Below, in pieces: positions 17,078 through 25,752 of a stretch of DNA of 64,000 nucleotides. The notes beneath the pieces are model-generated. The model was given only the letters and a program-made list of their open reading frames with translations. It had not been told where the DNA came from and made no database searches. Numbering within the stretch: the first letter of the stretch is position 1; the number at the start of each line of letters is the position of its first letter. Source of the DNA: Nibricoccus sp. (GTDB lineage Bacteria; Verrucomicrobiota; Verrucomicrobiia; Opitutales; Opitutaceae). The stretch covers positions 544,001-608,000 of the forward strand of contig JASGHG010000001.1 of assembly GCA_047602425.1 (NCBI GenBank), given 5' to 3'. A program made the position numbers and the translations under genes.

Positions 17078-19135
17078 ATGCATAATACGCACGGAAAAAT
17101 CCGGCGCATTGCGTTCACGCTTTGCGCTATCCTTACAGCAGCGGCCTCGTCCGCTTTCGGCGCCATCGCCTTCGATGCCGTTGCCACCAAGACGGCCACC
17201 AACGCCAGTTCCGTCACGTGGTCCCACACGGTCGGCACCGGCACCAACCGCATCCTCCTCGTGAGCCTGGCTACCGAGGATACGAGCACCACCGTGCTGA
17301 ATCCGTCGGCCGTCACGTTTGGTGGCGTTGCGATGACCGCAGTTCCCAGTGCGACCGCAACCGCCGGTTCGAGCACTTTCGATCGGACGCAGCTCTACTA
17401 TTTGCTCAATCCGACTTCGGGCATAGGCACGGTCTCTGTGACCTTCGGCGGCGCCGTCAATGGCGTCACCGCTGGCTCCGTTTCGCTCTCCGGCGCAACT
17501 CAGTCCGCTCCGGCCGGTTCCACCGCAACTGCCACGTCAGGCAACACGATCTCCAAGGCCACGACGGTTTCCACGGCCGGTTCCTGGCTCGTCGACGTCG
17601 CTTGCTCGGGCGCTTCGAGCTCAACCTTAACTCAAGGTTCGAGCCAAACCAAACGTTGGGGCGTCTCCACCACCAATAACGGCGGTGCGGGCTCCACCCT
17701 CGCCACATCCGCCACCGGCTCCTTCACCAACTCGTGGACGGCTTCGAGTTCCAGCCAGCTCGCGCTCTCCGTCGCGGTGCTCACGCCGGCCTCTTCCGGC
17801 GGTTCATCGAGCAGTTCCTCGTCTTCGAGTTCTTCTTCGTCGTCGAGTTCCTCCAGTTCCTCGTCGTCGTCGAGCTCCAGCAGCAGTTCTTCCTCTTCGA
17901 GCTCAAGTTCGTCCTCCAGCAGTTCGTCGTCGAGTTCCGGTTCCGGTAGCTCTGGCATCATCTACGTTTCCCCGAGCGGCACCGATTCGAATCCCGGCAC
18001 GCTGGCCGCTCCGACGACCTTGACGGCAGCCATCGCCGAAGCCGCACCCGGTGACACGATCTACATGCGCGGCGGTACCTACAACTACTCCACCACCATT
18101 ACGATCGCCTTCGGCAACAACGGCACTTCGAGCGCCACGAAAAAAGTCTTCGCCTACGCCAGCGAAGTCCCTGTGCTTAACTTCTCCGCCCAAGCCACCG
18201 CCGACGCCAACCGCGGCGTCCAGCTCTTCGGCAACTACTGGCACTTCAAAGGCATCACGATTCAGAATGCCGGCGACAACGGCATGATGGTTGGCGGTAA
18301 TAACAACACGATCGAGCGTTGCATCTTCAAGGGCAACCGCGACTCCGGCCTGCAGATTTCCCGGCGCGCCAGCAGCCTCACCAGCATGTCCGACTGGCCC
18401 TCGAACAACCTCATCCTCAACTGCGATGCGTTCGACAATGCCGATCCCACCGCCGAAAACGCCGACGGTTTCGCCTGCAAACTCACCAACGGCCCCGGCA
18501 ACGTCTTCCGCGGCTGCATCTCCCACCACAATATCGACGACGGCTGGGACCTCTATGCCAAGACCGACACCGGCCCGAACGGCTCCGTCCTCATCGAAAA
18601 TTGCATCGCCTATGGCAATGGTACGCTAACCAATGGTTCCACCACAGGTAGCGGCGACAAGAACGGCTTCAAGCTCGGCGGCTCCGGCGTCGACGTCGTG
18701 CACACCATCCGGCGCTGCATTTCGTTCAACAACGGCCACCATGGTTTCACCGACAACAACAACCAAGGCGCCATGACGGTCCTCAACAACACCGCGTTCA
18801 ACAATACCAATTCCAACTTCAATTGGCGCGATGGCAGCACCTCGACGTTCACCAACAACGCCTCGTACAATTCTGGCGATTCCGACAAGTTCGTCGGCAC
18901 GCTCACTGGCACGACCAACCTTTTCTGGGTCAATGATGCCAGCAGCAACAATGGCGGCACGAAGGTGATTTCCGCCGCCGACTTCCAGAACCTCACCGCT
19001 CCCTCCGGCGGCTTCTCGCGCAACAGCGACGGCAGCATCAACCTCGGCACGTTCGCCAAGCTCGTCTCGACGAGCGACCTGGTGAACGCCGGCACGCCTT
19101 CCGGCACGGACATTGGTGCCGTCGAGAGTTACTAA
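17078..19135 (+). CDS. Secreted PL9 pectate lyase with N-terminal uncharacterised module and poly-Ser linker
   Basis: Signal peptide; IYVSPSG.D...GT, PGDTIYMRGGTY, NADGFACK, NIDDGWDLY, NGFKLG (PL9 Ca-binding aspartates and catalytic Lys). Confidence 0.9.
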   Translation: MHNTHGKIRRIAFTLCAILTAAASSAFGAIAFDAVATKTATNASSVTWSHTVGTGTNRILLVSLATEDTSTTVLNPSAVTFGGVAMTAVPSATATAGSSTFDRTQLYYLLNPTSGIGTVSVTFGGAVNGVTAGSVSLSGATQSAPAGSTATATSGNTISKATTVSTAGSWLVDVACSGASSSTLTQGSSQTKRWGVSTTNNGGAGSTLATSATGSFTNSWTASSSSQLALSVAVLTPASSGGSSSSSSSSSSSSSSSSSSSSSSSSSSSSSSSSSSSSSSSSSSSSSGSGSSGIIYVSPSGTDSNPGTLAAPTTLTAAIAEAAPGDTIYMRGGTYNYSTTITIAFGNNGTSSATKKVFAYASEVPVLNFSAQATADANRGVQLFGNYWHFKGITIQNAGDNGMMVGGNNNTIERCIFKGNRDSGLQISRRASSLTSMSDWPSNNLILNCDAFDNADPTAENADGFACKLTNGPGNVFRGCISHHNIDDGWDLYAKTDTGPNGSVLIENCIAYGNGTLTNGSTTGSGDKNGFKLGGSGVDVVHTIRRCISFNNGHHGFTDNNNQGAMTVLNNTAFNNTNSNFNWRDGSTSTFTNNASYNSGDSDKFVGTLTGTTNLFWVNDASSNNGGTKVISAADFQNLTAPSGGFSRNSDGSINLGTFAKLVSTSDLVNAGTPSGTDIGAVESY
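17804..17938 (+). repeat. Poly-serine linker (45 consecutive Ser codons)
   Basis: Mixed TCN/AGY codons in frame. Confidence 0.9.
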
Positions 19136-19158
19136 CCGGCGATTATCGCCACGAATTC

Positions 19159-19193
19159 CACCAGCCGTTCGCACCCGCGGGCGGCTGGTGTTT
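19159..19193 (+). terminator. Intergenic hairpin (weak terminator or mRNA stabiliser) between the two lyase genes
   Basis: CACCAGCCGTTCGC-ACCC-GCGGGCGGCTGGTG-TTT. Confidence 0.55.
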
Positions 19194-19225
19194 CCATTTT
19201 CCCCACAAACAACCACCCCACGCCC

Positions 19226-21517
19226 ATGTTCCCTCCCCTATTCCGCCGTTTCCGCGCGCTGCTGAGCGTCGCACTGTTATTCGCCGTCGCCGCGCCCGCC
19301 ACGAAGGCCGCCATAGCCTTCGATGCCGTTGCCACCAAGACCGCCACCAATGCCAGTTCCGTCACCTGGACCCATACCATTGGCTCAGGTACAAATCGCA
19401 TACTTCTCGTAAGCCTCGCCACTGAGGACACCAGCAGCACCGTGCTGACTCCTTCGGCCGTCACGTTTGGTGGCGTTGCCCTGACCGCAGTGCCCAGCTC
19501 CGCCGCCACTGCGGGTTCAAGCACGCTGGACAAAACCCAGCTCTTTTACCTGCTCAATCCCGCGGCGGGCACCGGCACCGTATCGATCACTTTTGGTGGT
19601 GCTGTTAATGGCGTTTGCGCTGGTTCGGTTTCGCTCTCCGGCGCCGCGCAATCCGCTCCCGCCGGTTCTACCGCCACCGTTACCTCCGGCTCCACGATTT
19701 CGAAAGCCACCACCGTTTCCACGGCCGGTTCCTGGCTCGTCGACGTCGCTTGCTCGGGTGCCTCCAGCTCAACCCTAACCCAGGGTTCGAGCCAAACCAA
19801 ACGTTGGGGCGTCTCCACCACCAATAATGGAGGTGCCGGTTCAACCTTGGCCACGTCCGCCACCGGTTCGTTCACCAACTCGTGGACAAGTTCCAGCTCC
19901 AGCCAGCTCGCACTTTCCGTTGCGGTGATCGCACCAGCCAGTTCCTCGTCCGGCTCTTCGAGCAGCTCCTCTAGCTCTTCTTCGTCGTCGAGTTCTTCCA
20001 GTTCCTCGTCGTCCTCGTCGAGCTCCAGCAGCAGCTCTTCATCTTCGAGTTCCTCGTCCTCTTCTTCGTCAAGTTCGAGTAGTTCGTCTTCGAGCAGCAG
20101 TTCGTCCGGCTCCAATGCGAAATACAACCTCACCGGCTTCGCTACCCAAGGCACCGGCACCACGGGCGGCGGCGTCCTCGCAGTCGGCGCAGCTGGCTAC
20201 GTGCAAGTCACCACTCCGCTCGAACTCGCCAATGCCATTATCTCTTTCAACAAAAACGCTGGCGTGAAAGTCATCGAGATCATGAACAGCCTCGATCTTG
20301 GCTGGAACGAAATCGGTTCCACCGTGCAAACTCTATCCAGCACCCCGTTCCGGTCCGCCACCACGCCAAAACTCCATCCCAAGCTCATCACGACCGGCGT
20401 CAGCGTAATCGACATCAAGGGCTCCGCCGGCGACCTCACGATCTTCTCCGCGAATGGAGCAACCTTGCGGCACGTCACGCTCAATATCAAGGGCACTTCC
20501 AACATCATCATTCGCAATCTCAAGTTCGACGAAATGTGGGAGTGGGACGAAGCCTCCAAGGGTGATTATGACTCCAATGACTGGGACTTCATTGTCCTCA
20601 GCAACGGCGGCGCTGTCTCCAACGTCTGGATCGACCATTGCACGTTCACCAAGTCCTACGATGGCATCGCCGACATGAAGAAGGGCACGCAAAACGTCAC
20701 CATTTCCTGGTGCAAATACGTCGGTGACGATGGTGCAATCAACTCCAATAGCATGGTTCGGCAACAAATCGCCAAACTCGAGGCCAGCCGCTCCTCCTAC
20801 ACGTTCTACAATTTCCTCCGGACAAATGGATTTTCCGCCGAGGAAATCGTTCAGATCGTCCAGGGCCACGACAAATGCCACCTCATGGGCGCCACGGAAG
20901 ATCCCACCGGCACCACGAACGACTCCCTATCGGCCACGTTCCATCACAATTTGTTCCAGAACATCTGGGATCGTTGCGTGCCGCGTCTCCGCGGCGGCCA
21001 GGTTCATAATTACAATATCTACGTCGACGACTCCGTCGCCCTCGTAGCCAAGCGCCTGCGCGATGCCCGCGTCGCCGCCATGAGCACCTCGGCCCAGACT
21101 TCGATGAACAGCACTTACTCGTTTAATCCGTTCCTCAACGGCTCGATCTCCACCGAGGGCGCCGCGCTTCTCGTCGAGAAATCGGTCTACGTCGATTGCC
21201 TCACTCCGTTGCGCAACAATCAGACCGATGTCACCGATCCAACCTACACCGGTAAAATCAAGGCTGTCGACTCGATCTATGTCATGCATAACGCCGATGG
21301 GACCACGACCAACATTCGCGGCAATAGCACCGATGCCGGCAATCCCTACGGTCCTTTCCAGGCGCCTGTCATCGCCTTCTCGTGGAACACGTTCACGAAT
21401 CTGCCTTACAGCTATTCGATGGACGATCCGGCGAACTTGCTTCCGATCCTGCAAGCCGGGGCCGGGGCCGGAACGCTCACTTGGGATAAATCGAACTGGC
21501 TAAAGACCTCGTACTAA
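19226..21517 (+). CDS. Secreted PL1 pectate lyase with the same N-terminal module and poly-Ser linker
   Basis: Signal peptide; GFA..G.GTTGGG, NIIIRNL, VWIDHC, DGIADMK, PRLRGG.VHNYN. Confidence 0.9.
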   Translation: MFPPLFRRFRALLSVALLFAVAAPATKAAIAFDAVATKTATNASSVTWTHTIGSGTNRILLVSLATEDTSSTVLTPSAVTFGGVALTAVPSSAATAGSSTLDKTQLFYLLNPAAGTGTVSITFGGAVNGVCAGSVSLSGAAQSAPAGSTATVTSGSTISKATTVSTAGSWLVDVACSGASSSTLTQGSSQTKRWGVSTTNNGGAGSTLATSATGSFTNSWTSSSSSQLALSVAVIAPASSSSGSSSSSSSSSSSSSSSSSSSSSSSSSSSSSSSSSSSSSSSSSSSSSSSSSSSGSNAKYNLTGFATQGTGTTGGGVLAVGAAGYVQVTTPLELANAIISFNKNAGVKVIEIMNSLDLGWNEIGSTVQTLSSTPFRSATTPKLHPKLITTGVSVIDIKGSAGDLTIFSANGATLRHVTLNIKGTSNIIIRNLKFDEMWEWDEASKGDYDSNDWDFIVLSNGGAVSNVWIDHCTFTKSYDGIADMKKGTQNVTISWCKYVGDDGAINSNSMVRQQIAKLEASRSSYTFYNFLRTNGFSAEEIVQIVQGHDKCHLMGATEDPTGTTNDSLSATFHHNLFQNIWDRCVPRLRGGQVHNYNIYVDDSVALVAKRLRDARVAAMSTSAQTSMNSTYSFNPFLNGSISTEGAALLVEKSVYVDCLTPLRNNQTDVTDPTYTGKIKAVDSIYVMHNADGTTTNIRGNSTDAGNPYGPFQAPVIAFSWNTFTNLPYSYSMDDPANLLPILQAGAGAGTLTWDKSNWLKTSY
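19955..20107 (+). repeat. Poly-serine linker (51 consecutive Ser codons)
   Basis: Mixed TCN/AGY codons in frame. Confidence 0.9.
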
Positions 21518-21532
21518 TCTTCACTCGTTCGC

Positions 21533-21565
21533 GGCGGGTTTCTCTCTTCGGGAAACCCGCCTTTT
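21533..21565 (+). terminator. Rho-independent terminator
   Basis: GGCGGGTTTC...GAAACCCGCC-TTTT just after the PL1 stop. Confidence 0.75.
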
Positions 21566-21594
21566 CAACCCCGCCCCAAGCCGCCGACTGTTGC

Positions 21595-22365
21595 ATGACC
21601 GAGCTACCGTCAAGAACCAGTCCCTCCCGATCCCCGCTACCCAATTCGACGGACGCCGCCGCCGTCGCCGCCAGCCGCTCGCCCATTCCTCCGCCGCTCG
21701 AACTTAGCCTGGGCCCGCGACACCATCTCTTGCGCACGGCCACTTACCTTCTTTTTGGCGCCGCGCTCGTCACCGCCGGCTGGATGCTGCTGCCTCACGG
21801 CAACAGCCGCGAGACAACTGCGGAACGGAGCCGCATCCGCTATCAAGAGCCAAACCGTCTCTCCAACACCGAACAAAACTCCGCCAATCTTTCGCTGCCA
21901 TCGCCGCCCGCCGCGGTCATTGCCGTCCGCGATTCCGAGTCCGATCCCCGCGAACCCGGCCTCAGGCATATCACCACGCTCCAACTCGCTGGTTCCTTCT
22001 CTGAAGCTGCCGACTACGCCGTCGCCGCCCCGCTGGAATATCGCCGCGACTTCACCATCGCCGCCTACCACGAATGGGGCCGGCACCACCCCGACCAAGC
22101 CATCGCCTCCGCCGTCCGCATCGAGGAAGCTTTCACCCGCGATTTTGCCATGCACTCCGTCCTCTCCGGCTGGGCGCGCAACGATCCAGAGGGCATGGCC
22201 GAGGCCGCCCTCGCCTTCCCCGACAGCGATTTTAAAAAAGCCGCACTCACCCGCGCGCTCCGCGCCTGGATGATTAAAGATCCGAACCTCGCCGGCGACT
22301 GGATCATGACGCACCCCGATGTGGTGCCCGTCGCCGAGGAAATGTTTCGCAAAGACCGCCGGTAA
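21595..22365 (+). CDS. Hypothetical membrane-anchored protein with helical W-x3-DP repeats
   Basis: One TM helix; repeated WGRHHPDQA / WARNDPEGM / WMIKDPNLA. Confidence 0.6.
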   Translation: MTELPSRTSPSRSPLPNSTDAAAVAASRSPIPPPLELSLGPRHHLLRTATYLLFGAALVTAGWMLLPHGNSRETTAERSRIRYQEPNRLSNTEQNSANLSLPSPPAAVIAVRDSESDPREPGLRHITTLQLAGSFSEAADYAVAAPLEYRRDFTIAAYHEWGRHHPDQAIASAVRIEEAFTRDFAMHSVLSGWARNDPEGMAEAALAFPDSDFKKAALTRALRAWMIKDPNLAGDWIMTHPDVVPVAEEMFRKDRR

Positions 22366-22448
22366 CCAAACGCGTCACGGGCTTCGCGGACACAAACCGC
22401 TCGGCGGATGTTGCGATATTGAGTGGTTGTGCTTTCTTGAGCCCGGAT

Positions 22449-23693
22449 ATGAAAACCCAAATATCAAGGGCGGGAGCCCTGTTGTTCATTGTTACTGCGT
22501 GCACGTCGTTCGCCGATGTGGCATCGAAAACCCCGAAATGGACCGCCCAACCGGGCAAACCCACCTACTTCATCAACTCCGTCGCCGTCTCGGCTGACGG
22601 CAGCCGCGTGGTCGGCGGAACCTTCTACCACGACTACGGCACAACCAAACGTTCGGACTACAAGGACACCACCAGCACCAACTCGGACCAGGGCACCTAC
22701 GGAACCTATTGCTACGACCAAAACGGCGCTCTGCTCTGGAAAGACGAGTTCAATGGTTACGAAGGCACCTACTGGGTAGACATTTCGACCGATGGCACCT
22801 ACGCCGCCTCCGGAGGCAAGGCCACGACCAAGGCAGGCTTCGTCCGCGCCTACGCCGTCGCCGGCACGGGCTCCACCCGCAAGCGTCTCCTCGACTATCC
22901 CACCACGTCCCGCGTCAACCAAGTGGGACTCTCCGCCGATGGCACTTGGCTGGCCGCGGGCGCTGAAAAACTCTATCTCTTTAAACGTGGCGCCGATGGC
23001 ACCTACAAACTCACCGGCAGCTACGACGCCGGCAGCACCGTTGAAACGATTGGCATCTCCGCCGACGGCACGCGCGTAATCTGTGGCTCCTATCAATCCC
23101 TCCTGTTCGTGTTCGACAACACCGACGGCACGCTCGCCAAACCGACTCAATGGAAACTTCCTTCCTCGTATAGTCATTCGATTCGCCTCACGCCGGATGG
23201 AAAAATCTTCGTGGCCGGCGGACCGTCGGGCTACGTCTACTATTTCGACATCGACGAACTAAGAAAAACCGGCAAACCCACGCTTAGCTACCAGTGTCCA
23301 GCGCAGTCGGCCGTCTACGGTGTAGCTGTGGTGGACGACGGCAGCTATTTCGCCGGTGTGTGCAATAACAGCTCCGCCGACAAAAAAGGCCTCGTCTTCT
23401 ACATCCAACGCAACGGATCCACCGGCACGCTAAAATGGACCTACAAGACCGATCGTAATCCCAACTGCGTTTCCCTCAACCAAGCCGCGGGACTCGCCGC
23501 CGTCGCCGACGGCCACCCGGATGGTTCGCCTGGCAATTTCTACCTGCTCGACACCACAACCACCAATCCCGATGGCAATCTCCTTTGGCAATATGGCACC
23601 GGCAACATGAGCTGGCCGATCATGATCTCCCAAAAAGGCAACGCCATCGCCGCCGGCAGCGACGACTCGAAAATCTATTACTTCACGCCCTAA
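22449..23693 (+). CDS. Secreted WD40/beta-propeller repeat protein
   Basis: Signal peptide; repeated (V/I)(A/G/D)(V/I/L)SADG...(A/G)G blades; host-like codon usage. Confidence 0.78.
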   Translation: MKTQISRAGALLFIVTACTSFADVASKTPKWTAQPGKPTYFINSVAVSADGSRVVGGTFYHDYGTTKRSDYKDTTSTNSDQGTYGTYCYDQNGALLWKDEFNGYEGTYWVDISTDGTYAASGGKATTKAGFVRAYAVAGTGSTRKRLLDYPTTSRVNQVGLSADGTWLAAGAEKLYLFKRGADGTYKLTGSYDAGSTVETIGISADGTRVICGSYQSLLFVFDNTDGTLAKPTQWKLPSSYSHSIRLTPDGKIFVAGGPSGYVYYFDIDELRKTGKPTLSYQCPAQSAVYGVAVVDDGSYFAGVCNNSSADKKGLVFYIQRNGSTGTLKWTYKTDRNPNCVSLNQAAGLAAVADGHPDGSPGNFYLLDTTTTNPDGNLLWQYGTGNMSWPIMISQKGNAIAAGSDDSKIYYFTP

Positions 23694-23762
23694 CGACAAA
23701 AAGCCACAGCCAGAAGCCATTCGTGCGTCTGTAACCGGGCGCACGAATGCTTCGTTCACGAT

Positions 23763-24527
23763 TCAATAAAATAGGGGTGCAACCATAGACAAAGCTGCCC
23801 CGATCAATGACACGTGCCGAAATCGTTCCTTGGCTTGATACGATAAAACGCAAAATGCGATCCCGACGACTGTACCTATAAAAACCAATGGGAAGGGCAG
23901 TTCTTCAAATAAACTAAACAATGCGCCCAACCACGGGATTCCGGCCGAAAACGCTCCGAATACAATTGAAGTTTTCCAACGATACTCTCCGGAGAAAAGC
24001 GGTGCCATACTATTTACTTCCGAAAGTTGAATCGCACGCCCAGCGTCTAAAGGGTCGTCTGCGACAATAGCCTGATCTTTCTCTATACAATCCACGCGAT
24101 ACAGAAGCTCTTGAATGAAATCGTCGCATTCGGGTGCCTGATGAGTTTCTCGAACAATATAGAAAATTGGTTTGCCCCAGTGATCGAAAAATTGAAACGC
24201 ATCAACTCGAGGAATGCCTCGAATTGTCATAATCAGGAAAAAAAACGCGAAGATAACGGGCCATCCGATCAATGCGACCGGCATACGCTCGCGAGTCAAA
24301 AGCTCGTAGGATAACCAAAGACAAAACAGGCTAGGTACCAGCGGTACCGCAATTAATATGGCGAATCGACGAGCAACGCGCTGATACTCGGCACTGACGC
24401 TTTTAAGCAAGAACTCCGTACGCTCCTTCTTTCCGAACTGCGTCTTACTCAGCACGACCACGTCATTCTTGAGCTCAAAAATCGCCAACCCAAGTCGGGA
24501 TTTTTGAATAAAAACACGATCAGCCAT
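23763..24527 (-). CDS. Hypothetical membrane protein (AT-richer than neighbours)
   Basis: 254-aa ORF with several hydrophobic helices, directly downstream of ribB. Confidence 0.6.
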   Translation of the reverse strand: MADRVFIQKSRLGLAIFELKNDVVVLSKTQFGKKERTEFLLKSVSAEYQRVARRFAILIAVPLVPSLFCLWLSYELLTRERMPVALIGWPVIFAFFFLIMTIRGIPRVDAFQFFDHWGKPIFYIVRETHQAPECDDFIQELLYRVDCIEKDQAIVADDPLDAGRAIQLSEVNSMAPLFSGEYRWKTSIVFGAFSAGIPWLGALFSLFEELPFPLVFIGTVVGIAFCVLSYQAKERFRHVSLIGAALSMVAPLFY

Positions 24528-24548
24528 TTTCGTCGGTAACGAATCTTT

Positions 24549-25646
24549 CTACACCGGCACTTGCTCGACGATTTCGAGATTGTACCCGTCGAGACCGATG
24601 GCTTTGCGGGGGTTGTTGGTCAGCAAACGGATCTTGCGCAGTCCTAGCGAAACCAGGATCTGTGCACCAATTCCATAGTCACGGAAACTCATCGGCATGC
24701 CTTCACCCGGCTTGGCATTGAGCTGGCGGACAATGGCTTCGCCGCGATTGCCCGGCTCCATGTAGAGCACCACGCCGCGGCCGGTTTTCGCCACCGCCTG
24801 AAGCGAAGCCTGCAACGTCCGTTGACTGTCCATGCCGTTCGCGCGGAAAACGTCGCTGAGTAAATTTTCCGCGTGCACGCGCACCAGCGTCGGCTCGGCG
24901 TTCAGGTTGCCCATCGCGAAAGCGTAATGATGGCGACCGTCGATCTTGTTGCGAAAAACATGAACGGTGAACGCGCCGTATTCGGAGGCAAACGGCTTCG
25001 TGGACACCAACTCGACCAATTGATCGCGGCGATGCCGGTACTCGATCAACGAGGCGATAGAAATGAGTTTTAGCCCAAAACGTTTTTTAAATTCAATCAA
25101 CTGCGGCAAACGCGAAACCGTGCCATCGTCGTTAACCACTTCACAGAGTACGCCACTGGGGTGCAAACCGGCCAACATCGCCAAATCGACCGCCGCTTCG
25201 GTGTGGCCCGCGCGTTCCAACACGCCACCTGGACGAGCGCGCAATGGGAAAACATGGCCAGGTTGCACGAGTTGCTCCGGATGCGCGTCGGGATTTGCCA
25301 GCGTGCGAATCGTCTGCGTGCGGTCATAGGCGCTGATGCCGGTCGCGATGCCCTGCGCGGCGTCGACCGACACCGTGAAATCCGTGCGATAGGAATCGCG
25401 GTTGCGACTCACCATCGGCCCGAGGCCCAGATGACGCAATTGCGGTTCCAGCATGGGCACGCAGACAATGCCGCTGCAGTAACGGATCATCATGTTGACC
25501 GTTTCGGGAGTGGCCTTGGAGGCGGCCATGATCAGGTCGCCCTCGTTTTCGCGATCCTCGTCGTCAGTAACAATCACGAGCTTCCCGTCTGCGATGTCTT
25601 TGATCGCAGACTCTACCGAATCAAAATCAGCGTGCACTTCAGTCAT
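24549..25646 (-). CDS. ribB: 3,4-dihydroxy-2-butanone-4-phosphate synthase fused to a degenerate GTP cyclohydrolase II domain (RibBX-like)
   Basis: DDEDRENEGD, FTVSVDA, TGISA.DR, PGHVFPL, GHTEAAVDL; C-terminal RVHAENLLSDVF...DS lacks the Zn cysteines; RDYGIGAQIL, LLTNNP retained. Confidence 0.9.
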   Translation of the reverse strand: MTEVHADFDSVESAIKDIADGKLVIVTDDEDRENEGDLIMAASKATPETVNMMIRYCSGIVCVPMLEPQLRHLGLGPMVSRNRDSYRTDFTVSVDAAQGIATGISAYDRTQTIRTLANPDAHPEQLVQPGHVFPLRARPGGVLERAGHTEAAVDLAMLAGLHPSGVLCEVVNDDGTVSRLPQLIEFKKRFGLKLISIASLIEYRHRRDQLVELVSTKPFASEYGAFTVHVFRNKIDGRHHYAFAMGNLNAEPTLVRVHAENLLSDVFRANGMDSQRTLQASLQAVAKTGRGVVLYMEPGNRGEAIVRQLNAKPGEGMPMSFRDYGIGAQILVSLGLRKIRLLTNNPRKAIGLDGYNLEIVEQVPV

Positions 25647-25722
25647 GGGAGCGGAAACGTCTGACACTGCATCGCGGCTGTCAACCCAGCCATCACCCCG
25701 CCTCATCTCGGCCTCTGTAAAG

Positions 25723-25743
25723 TTATCACGTATTACGTGACAA
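25723..25743. promoter_or_regulatory. 21-bp palindrome family member
   Basis: TTATCACGTA-T-TACGTGACAA, intergenic upstream of ribB. Confidence 0.5.
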
Positions 25744-25752
25744 ACCGGCCGA

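Noticed and set aside
17632..20163. Glu/Leu/Asp-rich minus-strand ORFs (17632-17961, 19546-20163)
   Set aside because: Antisense reading of the poly-Ser linkers
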